Notes under the pieces: generated by a model
What the model was told of the DNA's origin: nothing
Database searches by the model: none
What the model saw: only the letters and a program-made list of their open reading frames with translations
Position numbers and translations under genes: made by a program
IMG/VR virus record: IMGVR_UViG_3300000291_000011
Source: a virus
Direction: 5' to 3' (one strand)
DNA length: 52,840 nt
Shown: one piece after another, positions 18,701 to 27,296 of the stretch
How the letters are laid out: every line of letters begins with the position of its first letter
Numbering within the stretch: position 1 is the first letter of the stretch

Positions 18701-18842
18701 TTCCGGGCTTCCTCCAACGACAATCCAGAATAATTTTTCCGTTGACGGGAAGATGATTGCGACAGCGATTGCGCCATATGTCAACTCCGCAATAGGCGGG
18801 ACAATTCGCTCCAACCTGATGTTTAAGAAGTGGGGTGATTGA
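15762..18842 (+). CDS. Tail tape measure protein
   Basis: About 1026 aa, ATG 15762 after GGGAGGTG; conserved core SFYNLDHDAAFEKIRSGISGETEPLKALGINM; long coiled coils. Confidence 0.9.
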   Translation: MAEAFELYASFKIDTSGYTQELNKIRQEMEQFQQELNSLAIHPTFDGGRFRTELQQAQQQSTQATEEIKRLQQQIQSLQEAAEDSGDDSKNSITGLLKRIGIVGEIASGQFLGNMFVNGVNTVIDGVTGSISESIELASDLTETQNVVDVTFEDSASTINKWAQEALNAYGITETKAKQYSSTLGAMLKSMGIADDQVLQMSMDMAGLAADMASFYNLDHDAAFEKIRSGISGETEPLKALGINMSVANLNAFALEKGMNKAFDKMSQAEQATLRYQYLLEATKDAQGDFARTGDSFSNEMRKLQTNLDRIKTEFGKGLLGVVTPAISLLNNVLSDKSYQYTTAEKIMQERDESIYDAKATYAQSLTIVNSMRNMEQESGKAVKATKAWQEALENLKNVMPGLSQYVDLTSDAIMGNTERIKQYVDTVNGVSLYGAHDTAVTDAQAAVDETEKQLESLYARRDYLNSLIVGSNAEEVKAAYHDVVENAYQSFVRTMAGTNANYTFANTFDEFFASQYDEVDRAIRGVGDSSINLFDFGDMQAAAWSKLTEAMSLQTFDSSAAAGELEDVNRQIAETNDKLNENQTALARATAEWEAYKRAHPEAEEQVKFNEAVENEKKALEDLKTALKDVDTYRADTLKKAQEAYKGVASGMGYMVTHKQEEMKKLLDTDYSKENVLSWYGTNADALHAYNDALQQAEAAGVDVGILSGLTTYSRDNDAYLSRLLNLTPEEIKQLNADYQRARDEENAMAETKTRYTLADDETYQAMLETVQKSLEAFEQKDAIAAYMAENNSAVLAGIDDMKQTLVKEIPQINALLKILGFNNKIETKIHEWRTDFSQNETPYDFLGDISTGKGRAANAPLAVGGHLMEYWAPNPKTNPQELADVLAALEAKQKENQKVREGNGYWDKVQEAADKAYENRKQVAENLTFIREMHTTLETMQENYLTALKERKAPNITNNEDGVLWVRIENPADVAKAVSGLPPTTIQNNFSVDGKMIATAIAPYVNSAIGGTIRSNLMFKKWGD

Positions 18843-18844
18843 TA

Positions 18845-19609
18845 ATGCTTACGCGTTATCGCGCGTGGATGGGAGAAGAAGCGCTGGAAGACCTCGACCC
18901 ATCCATCATCATCATCGACATTTCGGAGGATGCTCCACAGGAAGCCGTAACAACCGAAGCACGCCCCGGCGGGGGGATGTACCTCACCGGGCAGCTTCGG
19001 CAGTCCATCACGGTAACAATCGCCGTGGAAATCCACGAAGCAAACACCATCCACAGGCAGCTTGTCCTCGGTAAAATCATGCGCTGGGGCAGCGGTGGTC
19101 AGTACCTGCACACGTCATACCGCCCGGAACAACGGTTGTACATCGACAGCATCGAGGCGGCGAGTGCTTCCGCGCTCAAATGGACGGACACGCTGGAAAT
19201 CAAGCTGACTGCATATCAGCGCCCGTGGTGGGAGGAAGCAACTGTTTCCAAAATGGAAACAGTTGAAGCAAGCAAAAGTGGCATCCTGACGGTTTACAAT
19301 CGCGGGGACGTGGCGTGTCCGCTTGAAGCGGTTTTTGTGGCAATCGACCCGCTGACAAACGTTGCAATCAGTTGCGGAAGCGAAAAAATCGTGCTGACGA
19401 ATATCAGCGTGAAAACGGGCGAGGAAATCCGCATAGCACACGACGACAACGGCATCCAGCAAATCACGGCAGCGGGGACATCCGCGATGGGCAACCGAAA
19501 CGGACAATCTGCCGACGAAATCACGCTAAAGCCGGGGATTAACAAGGTATCGTTCAGCGGCGACGGGCTTTTGTCGCTGACGGTCACAGCGAGGGGGCGG
19601 AAATATTAA
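18845..19609 (+). CDS. Distal tail protein (Dit)
   Basis: 254 aa directly after the tape measure gene. Confidence 0.7.
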   Translation: MLTRYRAWMGEEALEDLDPSIIIIDISEDAPQEAVTTEARPGGGMYLTGQLRQSITVTIAVEIHEANTIHRQLVLGKIMRWGSGGQYLHTSYRPEQRLYIDSIEAASASALKWTDTLEIKLTAYQRPWWEEATVSKMETVEASKSGILTVYNRGDVACPLEAVFVAIDPLTNVAISCGSEKIVLTNISVKTGEEIRIAHDDNGIQQITAAGTSAMGNRNGQSADEITLKPGINKVSFSGDGLLSLTVTARGRKY

Positions 19610-19685
19610 CTACAAAGCATATGGCACACCGCAGGAAGTAACCCTAACGTCCAAAATAAAATGCCGTCTTGAGGTAAACCCTGAT

Positions 19686-21140
19686 GTGGAAAATCCCACT
19701 GGTTGGCAGATGGAGGTCGGCTATCCAACAATCGGAAGAACAAAGGTCGCTTTTCCGGTTGTTCTTCCAGCCGACGCAGTAATCACCTCCGCACGAGTAC
19801 ACGCAGATTTTCGGCGCGACCTTTGGGGCAATCAACAAAAGCAGGACGTAAACGACGTACACGTTGACGAGGCAGGATTCGCAACAGTAACACTTCCTGA
19901 CGGAGCAAGCACCGTATCCCTTATTGTAACACTATCCTTTCAAATGTGGGGAAAAGTTTACACGGATACGGTTGAACGGACTTTTAACGTAGACGTCCGC
20001 GACATCTACATCACAATCGACTATGTTTCCGGCATCATCCCCGACCCGGACGCAAGCAAGGCATACACCAACAACGTTCGTTTGCCGCGTCTGCTGGACA
20101 AAAATCTGCGAGAAATCAAGCAATTGCGCCCGTCTTCGCTGTCCTTGTCGCTAACAATCGACGACATTTCCACCGCAAGCATGACGCTCGTGGACGGCAC
20201 ATGGATGGACGTAACGCAGTTTGTGGAGTTGTACCACATCGGCGGAAGCGTCGGCATCTTCCGCTTGCGCTCGGACACGCAAACCTACAGAAATTACGCG
20301 ACGCAGGAAGTCAACCTTGACCACGCTATTTCTACGCTGATGGACGGGCTTCTACCGGAGCAGCTAAAAATCGGCAGTGCATCCGTTGACGCGGTTGATG
20401 TTCTGGCGCAGCTTCTCACCTACCAGCCGGAAACGCGCTGGCAGATTGGAACGTGCGAGTTATCGCAGCATCTCACATACGATTTCGACGCAGGGACGAA
20501 CATCTGGACAGCAATCAACAACGTCAAGGACTTGTCGCCCGCCGAAATGATGTGGCAGTACGACTTTTCCACCCATCCGTGGACGCTCAACCTCGTTAAT
20601 ATGCCAAACACTGTCTCCTGCGAAGCGCGTTTTAACGGCGCGCTGACCAGCGCAACGGTCAGCACAGACCGCGACGACCTTGTGACCCGTATGTACGCAT
20701 ACGGCAAAAACGGCATCACCGTTGGCACGGTAAACGATGGAAAGGACTACATCGACGCGGACACCATCGACGAGTGGGGCATCGTGTGCGGCAAATACTC
20801 GGATAACAGCATCACGGACAAGGAGACGCTGTTGGAAAACGCAAAGAAGGAACTGGCGAAAAAGAAAACCCCGCCGATTTCCATCGACGTTTCACTCGTG
20901 GAGCTTTCCGCCATAACAGGCTTGCCATACGACCATTTCCGGCTGGGGAGCATTTGCCGGGTTGCAATGCCTAAATTCGGGCGCTGCTATGATGAGCGCA
21001 TCCTCACGCTCAACGCGGACAATGTGCTGCTTGAGCCGCAGAAGGTACAAGTCACCATGTCAACGGAGGGAAAGAGCGTCAGCGGCATCATCGAGGCGCT
21101 GGGCGGCAAGAGTGGACTTATTTCCGCCGGAACGGAATAA
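19686..21140 (+). CDS. Tail-associated protein (Tal / prophage tail endopeptidase-type N-terminal domain)
   Basis: 484 aa after Dit; GTG 19686 ten nt after GAGGT. The frame is open upstream to 19581 (see findings). Confidence 0.7.
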   Translation: MENPTGWQMEVGYPTIGRTKVAFPVVLPADAVITSARVHADFRRDLWGNQQKQDVNDVHVDEAGFATVTLPDGASTVSLIVTLSFQMWGKVYTDTVERTFNVDVRDIYITIDYVSGIIPDPDASKAYTNNVRLPRLLDKNLREIKQLRPSSLSLSLTIDDISTASMTLVDGTWMDVTQFVELYHIGGSVGIFRLRSDTQTYRNYATQEVNLDHAISTLMDGLLPEQLKIGSASVDAVDVLAQLLTYQPETRWQIGTCELSQHLTYDFDAGTNIWTAINNVKDLSPAEMMWQYDFSTHPWTLNLVNMPNTVSCEARFNGALTSATVSTDRDDLVTRMYAYGKNGITVGTVNDGKDYIDADTIDEWGIVCGKYSDNSITDKETLLENAKKELAKKKTPPISIDVSLVELSAITGLPYDHFRLGSICRVAMPKFGRCYDERILTLNADNVLLEPQKVQVTMSTEGKSVSGIIEALGGKSGLISAGTE

Positions 21141-21149
21141 GGAGGACGC

Positions 21150-22112
21150 ATGAATGAGTTAAATTATACTTGCAACTTGTCTGCTGGGTTGCGGATGACA
21201 CCGCTCAAAGCGGCGCTCGTGCAAGGCGAAGCGAACGCCCACACGCTGAAAATCGCGTTTGAGAAGGATGGCGCGCCGTACAGCATGGATTCTGGCGCAA
21301 CTATTGTAGGCAGCTTTATCAGGCTGGATAGCGTTGCAAGCACAGACGAAAACCCGACAATTCTTTTGCAAGGCGCGGTTAGCGACGGCGTGGCATCCGT
21401 GACGCTTTCCGCTGCTTGTTACGCGGTTATTGGGCGTTTCCGCCTGATGGTTACAGCGACGGTCGGTGAGGACACGACGGCTGTCTTGTGGCTTGAGGGG
21501 CGCGTCGCGGCGGGGGCAACAGGGACGGTGTACGACCCGGATAACGTCATCCCCGACATTACGACGGTTCTTGCAAAGGTGGAAGACTGCAAAAACGCAG
21601 CGGCAAGCGCGAATGCAGCGGCAGAAAGCGCAACATCCGCAGCGCAGCAGTTTCTGGGGAAGTACATCACGGACGATGAAAAATTGTTACTGCTGGAACT
21701 GCTGCAAATGGGTGCATATCGCTCCAACACCGCCGCGCAAAATTATAACAAGCTATACGCAGCGTGGAAGGACGATGTATCAGCGCTTGAAGAGCAGCGC
21801 CCGCAAATCGTCAGCGTTGAAGCGGACAAAACAACAATCACCGTCGGCGAAAGCGTGACGTTCACGGTGACGCAGAAGAACGCGGCATCAATCCGCTTCC
21901 TTGTGGACGGTACAGTAAACGAACGAATCTATGACGTTCAGCAGGAAACGATAACGTTCACAAAGCAGTTTCAATTTACCGTGAGCGGAACGCGGATTGT
22001 TGCATTCCAGGCGGTTGACGCGAGCAGCAACGTCGGGCTGGAATCGGATAGTATCATCATCACAATTAAGGAGGCGGCTCAAAATGGCGTGGAATCTAAT
22101 CCGCAGGAATAA
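21150..22112 (+). CDS. Baseplate/tail fibre protein (BppU-N-like N-terminus, Ig-like C-terminus)
   Basis: 320 aa; position after Tal; C-terminal beta-rich VSVEADKTTITVGESVTFTVTQ.. segment. Confidence 0.5.
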   Translation: MNELNYTCNLSAGLRMTPLKAALVQGEANAHTLKIAFEKDGAPYSMDSGATIVGSFIRLDSVASTDENPTILLQGAVSDGVASVTLSAACYAVIGRFRLMVTATVGEDTTAVLWLEGRVAAGATGTVYDPDNVIPDITTVLAKVEDCKNAAASANAAAESATSAAQQFLGKYITDDEKLLLLELLQMGAYRSNTAAQNYNKLYAAWKDDVSALEEQRPQIVSVEADKTTITVGESVTFTVTQKNAASIRFLVDGTVNERIYDVQQETITFTKQFQFTVSGTRIVAFQAVDASSNVGLESDSIIITIKEAAQNGVESNPQE

Positions 22113-22293
22113 CGGCGAGACTATCCACACGGACTATGTTGAGTGGATGTTGGATAACGCCGCCGACATCTCCAATGGCACAGAGCCGGGGAAGTCTGGC
22201 AGTATCGGCAGTCTGGCGTACACCGCCGGGTTCGGCTCGATGTGGCAGAAGGACGCGCAGGGCGCGTGGGTAAAATTGGGAGGTGGCAACTAA
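22084..22293 (+). CDS. Small hypothetical tail-module protein
   Basis: 69 aa, ATG 22084, overlaps the previous gene by 29 nt; its stop overlaps the next start. Confidence 0.45.
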   Translation: MAWNLIRRNNGETIHTDYVEWMLDNAADISNGTEPGKSGSIGSLAYTAGFGSMWQKDAQGAWVKLGGGN

Positions 22294-23261
22294 TGGTTGA
22301 TGCAAGCACGATTGGTGTGATTCAGGCACTTTACGGCACAGGCGCAAACGGTGGGATTCCAACGGCGCTGGTGACGGACAAGATGCTGACGCTGGAGAAC
22401 CGCGCGGCGGACGCGAAAGCTGCTGGCGACGCTATCCGCGCGGTTACAAATACCGCTAACACGCTTTCCGCGCGCGCGAATGTTTTATCTGGCAGTGTGT
22501 CCGGCTCGTCGATTACTGCGACGGATTCTTTCGCCGCGCCTTTTGTCGGGCTGCGTGTCTGCGGCAAAAGCACGCAGGACGGCACGCCGCTCCCGACTGC
22601 GCCCGTGCCGATTGTCAGCGCGGGTGACGGCGGAACGGTGGTGGTCACGGTGTCGGACGGCGCGAATAATTCGCAGACGCTGACGCTGCAAACGCCGAAT
22701 GCGCTGCCGGGCATCCCGGTCACATCCGGCGGGAACTACACGGATGAAAGCGGGCAGCAGTGGGTGTGCGATGAGGTGGATTTGGCGCGCGGGGTGCGCG
22801 TGCAGCGCATCACCAAAATCAAGGTTACGTCGTCGCTCAACTGGCAGACGTCTGGACAAAAGGTTGATAGATACTTTGCGTGGTTCGCTGGCACTTCTGC
22901 GACAAATGTTCTTTGTACGCACTTTTCCACCACCGTAGGTTCGGAAGTTGTCGGCGGCGCTATCGCCAATCAAAACAACCTCATCGGCTTTGCATACGCA
23001 CAAAAAGGCGCATCAACACTTGATGAGTTCAAAGCATTCCTCGACGCGAACGAGGTATATGTTTGGACGTCGCTTGCAACACCCGTCGAAACCGCTCTTT
23101 CCGCCGCTGAAATCAGCGCGTACAAGGCGCTGACCACCTACGCCCCGACGACCGTCATCAGCGTGAGCGGCGGCGCTGGCGCGACGGTAACGTATCAGCG
23201 CGACGTGACCATTGTAATCAAAAATCTTGAGGATGCGATTGCGTCCATGACGCAAAATTAA
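22293..23261 (+). CDS. Tail fibre / receptor-binding protein
   Basis: 322 aa, ATG 22293 overlapping the TAA; G/A/T/S-rich beta protein at the end of the tail module. Confidence 0.55.
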   Translation: MVDASTIGVIQALYGTGANGGIPTALVTDKMLTLENRAADAKAAGDAIRAVTNTANTLSARANVLSGSVSGSSITATDSFAAPFVGLRVCGKSTQDGTPLPTAPVPIVSAGDGGTVVVTVSDGANNSQTLTLQTPNALPGIPVTSGGNYTDESGQQWVCDEVDLARGVRVQRITKIKVTSSLNWQTSGQKVDRYFAWFAGTSATNVLCTHFSTTVGSEVVGGAIANQNNLIGFAYAQKGASTLDEFKAFLDANEVYVWTSLATPVETALSAAEISAYKALTTYAPTTVISVSGGAGATVTYQRDVTIVIKNLEDAIASMTQN

Positions 23262-23273
23262 GGAGGTATCTTT

Positions 23274-23492
23274 ATGGCAATTAACAGCAAGGCACGGCAC
23301 GACTTGACGCTGCGCGCGATTAAGCGCGAGATTTCTGCGGGGCGCGATGTGGCATTTTGGCTCGATAAGGCGTACACACACCTCGATAACGGACTGTTTG
23401 TCGAGGACGACATCGCGGAGATTGAGAAGCTGGCGCAGGCGTACTATGATTCGCTGGACGCGGCGGAAAATGAGGGAGAAAACGCAATCTAA
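23274..23492 (+). CDS. Small hypothetical protein (XkdX-like position)
   Basis: 72 aa between the fibre and lysis genes. Confidence 0.45.
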   Translation: MAINSKARHDLTLRAIKREISAGRDVAFWLDKAYTHLDNGLFVEDDIAEIEKLAQAYYDSLDAAENEGENAI

Positions 23493-23587
23493 GTTGCAAT
23501 TAAGTTGTAATCAAGTTGCAATCTCGACTTTTAGCACTGCACAAATGCCGAAAAATCGGCATTTTTTAAGTTGCACGCAAGTTGCAA
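23491..23587 (+). repeat. Five AAGTTG(C/T)A(A) boxes in exact 11-bp register
   Basis: Box starts at 23491, 23502, 23513, 23568 and 23579 (all 23491 + 11k); they flank a terminator upstream of the endolysin gene. Confidence 0.8.
23543..23567 (+). terminator. Rho-independent terminator
   Basis: AATGCCG-aaaaat-CGGCATT followed by TTTTT. Confidence 0.7.
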
Positions 23588-23616
23588 GTTAGTACCAAGT
23601 TTTAGGAGGTGTCATC

Positions 23617-24393
23617 ATGCCCAAAATCGCAGTATCCGCCATTCTGGGCGACTTCCAGCGGATGCTTGACGAGCACTGGAAGTATACGGCTGGTGCAGCG
23701 GAGGCGGGGAACGTTGACTGCTCCGGCGCGTTTGTGTGGTCATACCGTCAGCACGGACAGAGCATCTACCACGGCAGCAACCGCATCGCGCGGACGGAAA
23801 TTGTTGAGCTTGTCCCGATTTCTGCCGCAAAGCCCGGAATGGCTGTTTTCAAGTGCCGGAATCCGGGTGATTCGCGGTATGCCTTGCCGTCTGGCTACAA
23901 ACAGGGCGGTAAGTACTACAACGGCGATTTGCGGGATTTTTACCACATCGGGCTGATGTGTGAGGACGGCAAGGTTCTCAATGCGCAGAGCAGCGCAACG
24001 GGCTTCGTCGCTTCACCCGTCAAGTCGTGGACGTGTGCAGGATACCTCAAAAAAGTCGAATACAAGGAGGATACACCAATGGTGGATGATAGCAACGATG
24101 TTATTTGCGTCGGACACGTGACAGCGCAGAGCGGCAGCACGGTCAATCTTCGCGCAGAGCCGAGCAAATCCGCAAAGGTGCTGGAAAAAGTTAAAATCGG
24201 CACTTCTGTCAACGTCATCGGGAATAGTGGCGGCTGGCTTCACGTCGAGACGGAGACGAATCAGGGCTACATGATGGAGGAGTTTGTCGATGTGGGTATT
24301 TCCAAAACGGAAACACCCACGCTCTCTGAGCTTGCGGAACGCATCGAAAAGCTGGTGGAACGCGTCACAGCACTGGAAGGCGGGGTAGGTTGA
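23617..24393 (+). CDS. Endolysin: NlpC/P60 (C40) peptidase plus SH3 cell-wall-binding domain
   Basis: NVDCSGAFVW catalytic Cys, FYHIGLM His; C-terminal VNLRAEPSKSAKVLEKVKIGTSVNVIGNSGGWLHVE is SH3_3-like. Confidence 0.85.
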   Translation: MPKIAVSAILGDFQRMLDEHWKYTAGAAEAGNVDCSGAFVWSYRQHGQSIYHGSNRIARTEIVELVPISAAKPGMAVFKCRNPGDSRYALPSGYKQGGKYYNGDLRDFYHIGLMCEDGKVLNAQSSATGFVASPVKSWTCAGYLKKVEYKEDTPMVDDSNDVICVGHVTAQSGSTVNLRAEPSKSAKVLEKVKIGTSVNVIGNSGGWLHVETETNQGYMMEEFVDVGISKTETPTLSELAERIEKLVERVTALEGGVG

Positions 24394-24394
24394 G

Positions 24395-24769
24395 ATGGAA
24401 AACATCACCGCCGATAAACTGATTCTGGCGCTGGGCGTGATTCTCGTTCTGCTGGGAGCATACAATACATTTTATACCGCGCGAAAAAATGTGAGGGACG
24501 AACGCAAGCGCCAGGAGCAGCCAACAAACGCGCTTGCATCCAACGTCGCTGACATCAATCGCAAGCTGGACACAGACAAGCGCCGCCTTGATGGGCACGA
24601 AGAGCGCATCGGAGGCTTGCGTGACGGATTGATGGTAACGTGCTCCGGAGTACAGGCACTTTTGGAGCATGAGTTGCACAACGGCAACGCCGAAGAAATG
24701 ACGGCGGCAAGCAGGGAAATTGATAATTGGTTGAGGGGCAATGCCCTAAAGGGAGGAAATGCAAAATGA
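24395..24769 (+). CDS. N-terminally membrane-anchored coiled-coil protein of the lysis cassette
   Basis: TM segment LILALGVILVLLGAY; coupled to the endolysin and holin genes. Confidence 0.6.
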   Translation: MENITADKLILALGVILVLLGAYNTFYTARKNVRDERKRQEQPTNALASNVADINRKLDTDKRRLDGHEERIGGLRDGLMVTCSGVQALLEHELHNGNAEEMTAASREIDNWLRGNALKGGNAK

Positions 24770-24987
24770 GTGAGAATTTGAAGCGCAAACTGACAAGCCG
24801 CAAGTTCTGGGCGGCAGTTGTGTCCTTTGTAACCATGCTGATTATGGCGTTCGGCGTGGCGGATGAAACCGCAACGCAGGTCGGAAGCATCATCATGGCG
24901 GGTGCTACGGTCATCGCCTATATCATCGGCGAGGGCATGACGGACGCGGCGGCAGTCGCGGAGGGCAAGGATAAACCAAAGGAGTAA
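24766..24987 (+). CDS. Holin (two TM segments)
   Basis: 73 aa, ATG 24766 overlapping the previous stop; FWAAVVSFVTMLIMAFGV and VGSIIMAGATVIAYIIG; charged C-terminus. Confidence 0.75.
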   Translation: MSENLKRKLTSRKFWAAVVSFVTMLIMAFGVADETATQVGSIIMAGATVIAYIIGEGMTDAAAVAEGKDKPKE

Positions 24988-24990
24988 CGC

Positions 24991-25242
24991 ATGAGCCGCG
25001 AAGTCGTATGGACAAAAGCGGTTGTAGATGCTTTTGTGGATGAAGCCTGTTTGTCCGATGAAGAGGAGCTGATTATCAGGTCGCGGGCGAAAGGCTGGAC
25101 ACGAACAAAGCAGTCGATACAGTACAACATGAGCATTCGCAAGATTGACTATATTATACACACGCTTAAAACCAAGTACGACGAAGCGCAGAAATACTCC
25201 GAGATTTTACCAAAGCGGAAAACAAAGAAAGCCGGGACGTAA
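24991..25242 (+). CDS. Small sigma-70 region-4-like HTH protein
   Basis: 83 aa; LSDEEELIIRSRAKGWTRTKQSIQYNMSIRKIDYII resembles region 4.2 / LuxR-type HTH. Confidence 0.5.
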   Translation: MSREVVWTKAVVDAFVDEACLSDEEELIIRSRAKGWTRTKQSIQYNMSIRKIDYIIHTLKTKYDEAQKYSEILPKRKTKKAGT

Positions 25243-25259
25243 TGTCCCGGTCTTTTTTT
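25231..25259 (+). terminator. Rho-independent terminator between convergent gene blocks
   Basis: CCGGGAC-gtaat-GTCCCGG followed by TCTTTTTTT; separates plus-strand lysis genes from the minus-strand operon. Confidence 0.8.
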
Positions 25260-25267
25260 GTTGTGCA

Positions 25268-25861
25268 CTATTCTTGCGCCTGACGCTTGCACTCAACGTC
25301 AAGTTCCGGATACACCCCCGCGATTTTCGCAAGGGTTTCAGTTTTTAGGCGATGGTACAACTCTTCCTTGCCGACAAGCCCGAACAGGTCAACTAATTTG
25401 TCATCATATTCGCAGAGGTTGTGGCGGATGAAATTAACCATCCAGCGTTCAAGCGTCTCGGTATTCGGGGACAATATATCCACATTGCCGTGTTCCAAAT
25501 ACCATTCTTGTTTTGCGTTCAGCGTCGCCTCTTCCAGGACGGGCATATCCCAGCGCGTAACGTGGATGGAAGCAATGAGGTCGTCGGCAATGGCTTCGGC
25601 GTTCTTGCGCTTCGTTTCGACGGCTTTTGCGGATGCCGCCTTCCGCGCGGCTGCTTTTGCCGCCATCGTCTGAAATTCCTGCGTCGCCATGACGGAACGC
25701 ACATCATCCTCGCGCCACAGCTTCATGGGCGCGGAGGACGCATAATGTGGATTCCGCTTAAGGATAGGCGGCGGCAGCAGCTTGTCTATCATGGACTTTG
25801 TGAAGCCCATAGACAATACGCCGCTTTGTGAAATGAGCTGTTCTTTTTGCTTTTCCGGCAT
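25268..25861 (-). CDS. Hypothetical protein (last gene of the cassette-C operon)
   Basis: 197-aa ORF; A/K-rich central linker; no family recognised with confidence. Confidence 0.7.
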   Translation of the reverse strand: MPEKQKEQLISQSGVLSMGFTKSMIDKLLPPPILKRNPHYASSAPMKLWREDDVRSVMATQEFQTMAAKAAARKAASAKAVETKRKNAEAIADDLIASIHVTRWDMPVLEEATLNAKQEWYLEHGNVDILSPNTETLERWMVNFIRHNLCEYDDKLVDLFGLVGKEELYHRLKTETLAKIAGVYPELDVECKRQAQE

Positions 25862-25877
25862 GGTGTCCTCTTTATAT

Positions 25878-26597
25878 CTACTTTGTAATATGTTCCTTTG
25901 ATTTGCGTTTCCTATAATTTTCTCTGGCTCTGCGATTTGCTTCTTCGCGTTGCTCCGCAGTCATCGCTTCATAGCGTGCTTTCTGTGCCGCACGTTTCTG
26001 TTCAGCACGCGACTTGTCATACTCTTTGAGATACTCCTTTTTAGCAGCAAGGCGGCATTCTTCTGAACAATATTCTCCATTTCCGATGGCAGAAAATGTC
26101 TTTTTGCAGTACTTGCAAATCTTCTCTTTTGGAACAACTCGTTTTCGCTCTCTAATAATATTCCCGGCGACCGCGTCATTGCGCTTTTCCGTCATTGCGG
26201 CACGTCGCTGTTCTCGGATTGCTTCTGCAGTAGCACTTTCCTTACATGCTGGGCAGTACTTCTGCTTCCCGCCAAAGACAATATAATCTTTCCCGCATCG
26301 CGCGCACTTATCCGTGCTTCCAAGCGGTCTTCTTGCGCCGCTTCGCCTGTAAATTGCGTTATGCAGCCGATTCGCTGCGTCCTGACATTCTTCACAGCGT
26401 GTGCACTTTGTCGGACGGGTCACAACTTTTCCGCAGTCCGGGCAAGCAAATGTATGCACCATTTCTGGATTCCCACTTTGAGCACCAGTCCCGACGCGCT
26501 GGCGACGTTTCTCGCTTATTTTGTAGCACCCTTCGCTGCAATAAATCCGCCGCCCGTCGGGAACGCGCCCACCACATATTGGGCAAGTCTTATCCAA
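25878..26597 (-). CDS. Multi-zinc-ribbon protein with basic R/K/E/Y-rich C-terminal helix
   Basis: 239 aa with at least five CxxC pairs (CPICG, CPDCG, CTRCEEC, CARCG..CPAC, CKYC..CSEEC); C-terminal KKEYLKEYDKSRAEQKRAAQKARYE.. Confidence 0.7.
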   Translation of the reverse strand: MDKTCPICGGRVPDGRRIYCSEGCYKISEKRRQRVGTGAQSGNPEMVHTFACPDCGKVVTRPTKCTRCEECQDAANRLHNAIYRRSGARRPLGSTDKCARCGKDYIVFGGKQKYCPACKESATAEAIREQRRAAMTEKRNDAVAGNIIRERKRVVPKEKICKYCKKTFSAIGNGEYCSEECRLAAKKEYLKEYDKSRAEQKRAAQKARYEAMTAEQREEANRRARENYRKRKSKEHITK

Positions 26598-26615
26598 CTC
26601 GACACCCCCTGCCGA

Positions 26616-27032
26616 TTATCTAATAACCGCAACGACCTCTGCATCGCACATGATAATCTCCTGCTCGTCCTCGCCAATATGGCTATTGTCTCCATCGCAG
26701 CGCATCAGGTACAGGTGCTCATTATAATACACCTTGTTAATGCGCAACGCCCGCGCGATATTCTTGAGCTGTTTTTCACGCGAATTTGCGATAACAATTT
26801 GCGTTGCACAGACGCCATCAAGTTCCTCATCGCTCATCTCTCCGTCGTACCAATTGTACGAGTTGGGGATGCTATCTCCAACACAGAACTCCCGGTCATC
26901 GTTGCGAAGACCCCAGTCGTAAAAATTCAAGCATTCATCTTCCTTTGCCTTTTCCATCTCCGCAAGAATTTTTTCCGCCGTAGCTTCGACGTCCATGTTA
27001 TCTGCAATCTCCATGATTTCCTTGCAATCCAT
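26616..27032 (-). CDS. Strongly acidic hypothetical protein, first gene behind cassette C
   Basis: 138 aa, many D/E residues; ATG at the cassette RBS. Confidence 0.7.
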   Translation of the reverse strand: MDCKEIMEIADNMDVEATAEKILAEMEKAKEDECLNFYDWGLRNDDREFCVGDSIPNSYNWYDGEMSDEELDGVCATQIVIANSREKQLKNIARALRINKVYYNEHLYLMRCDGDNSHIGEDEQEIIMCDAEVVAVIR

Positions 27033-27150
27033 ACGTTACCTCTTTCCGTCCGGGGCTCTGTTTTGTACCGCCCCTTGACATAATTTATTATAGCACAAGT
27101 TGTGTAACTTGTCAATAGTTTTTTAAGATTTTTCGCAAGTTTTTTGCGTT
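27033..27150 (-). promoter_or_regulatory. Promoter/operator/leader cassette copy C
   Basis: Minus strand: TTGACA (27115-27110), 17-nt spacer with ACAAGTT-ACAC-AACTTGT, TATAAT (27092-27087), hairpin 27080-27047, RBS GAAAGAGG, ATG 27032. Confidence 0.75.
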
Positions 27151-27296
27151 CTTTCCGCAAGCCACTGCGATAGGGCAAGGCGGACAACCGCCGAATCACT
27201 TAGCCCAATTCGCTGCCCAATCGCCTTAATTTGCTCATTCTGCTCGTGCGTCACAATGACGTTCTTAACAATCCGATTTCCATCTTTTTTCAGCAT
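27123..27296 (-). CDS. Ribbon-helix-helix DNA-binding protein, RHH-2
   Basis: ATG 27296 after AGGAGGAC; KNVIVTHEQNEQIKAIGQRIGLSDSAVVRLALSQWL fits strand-helix-helix; last gene before cassette C. Confidence 0.55.
   Translation of the reverse strand: MLKKDGNRIVKNVIVTHEQNEQIKAIGQRIGLSDSAVVRLALSQWLAERTQKTCEKS

Noticed and set aside
19578-19609. Programmed frameshift fusing Dit to Tal
   Set aside because: The frames would need a +1 shift at ..AAA UAU UAA, where no slippery or shifty-stop context is present. An alternative-start explanation is more economical (kept as a low-interest finding).
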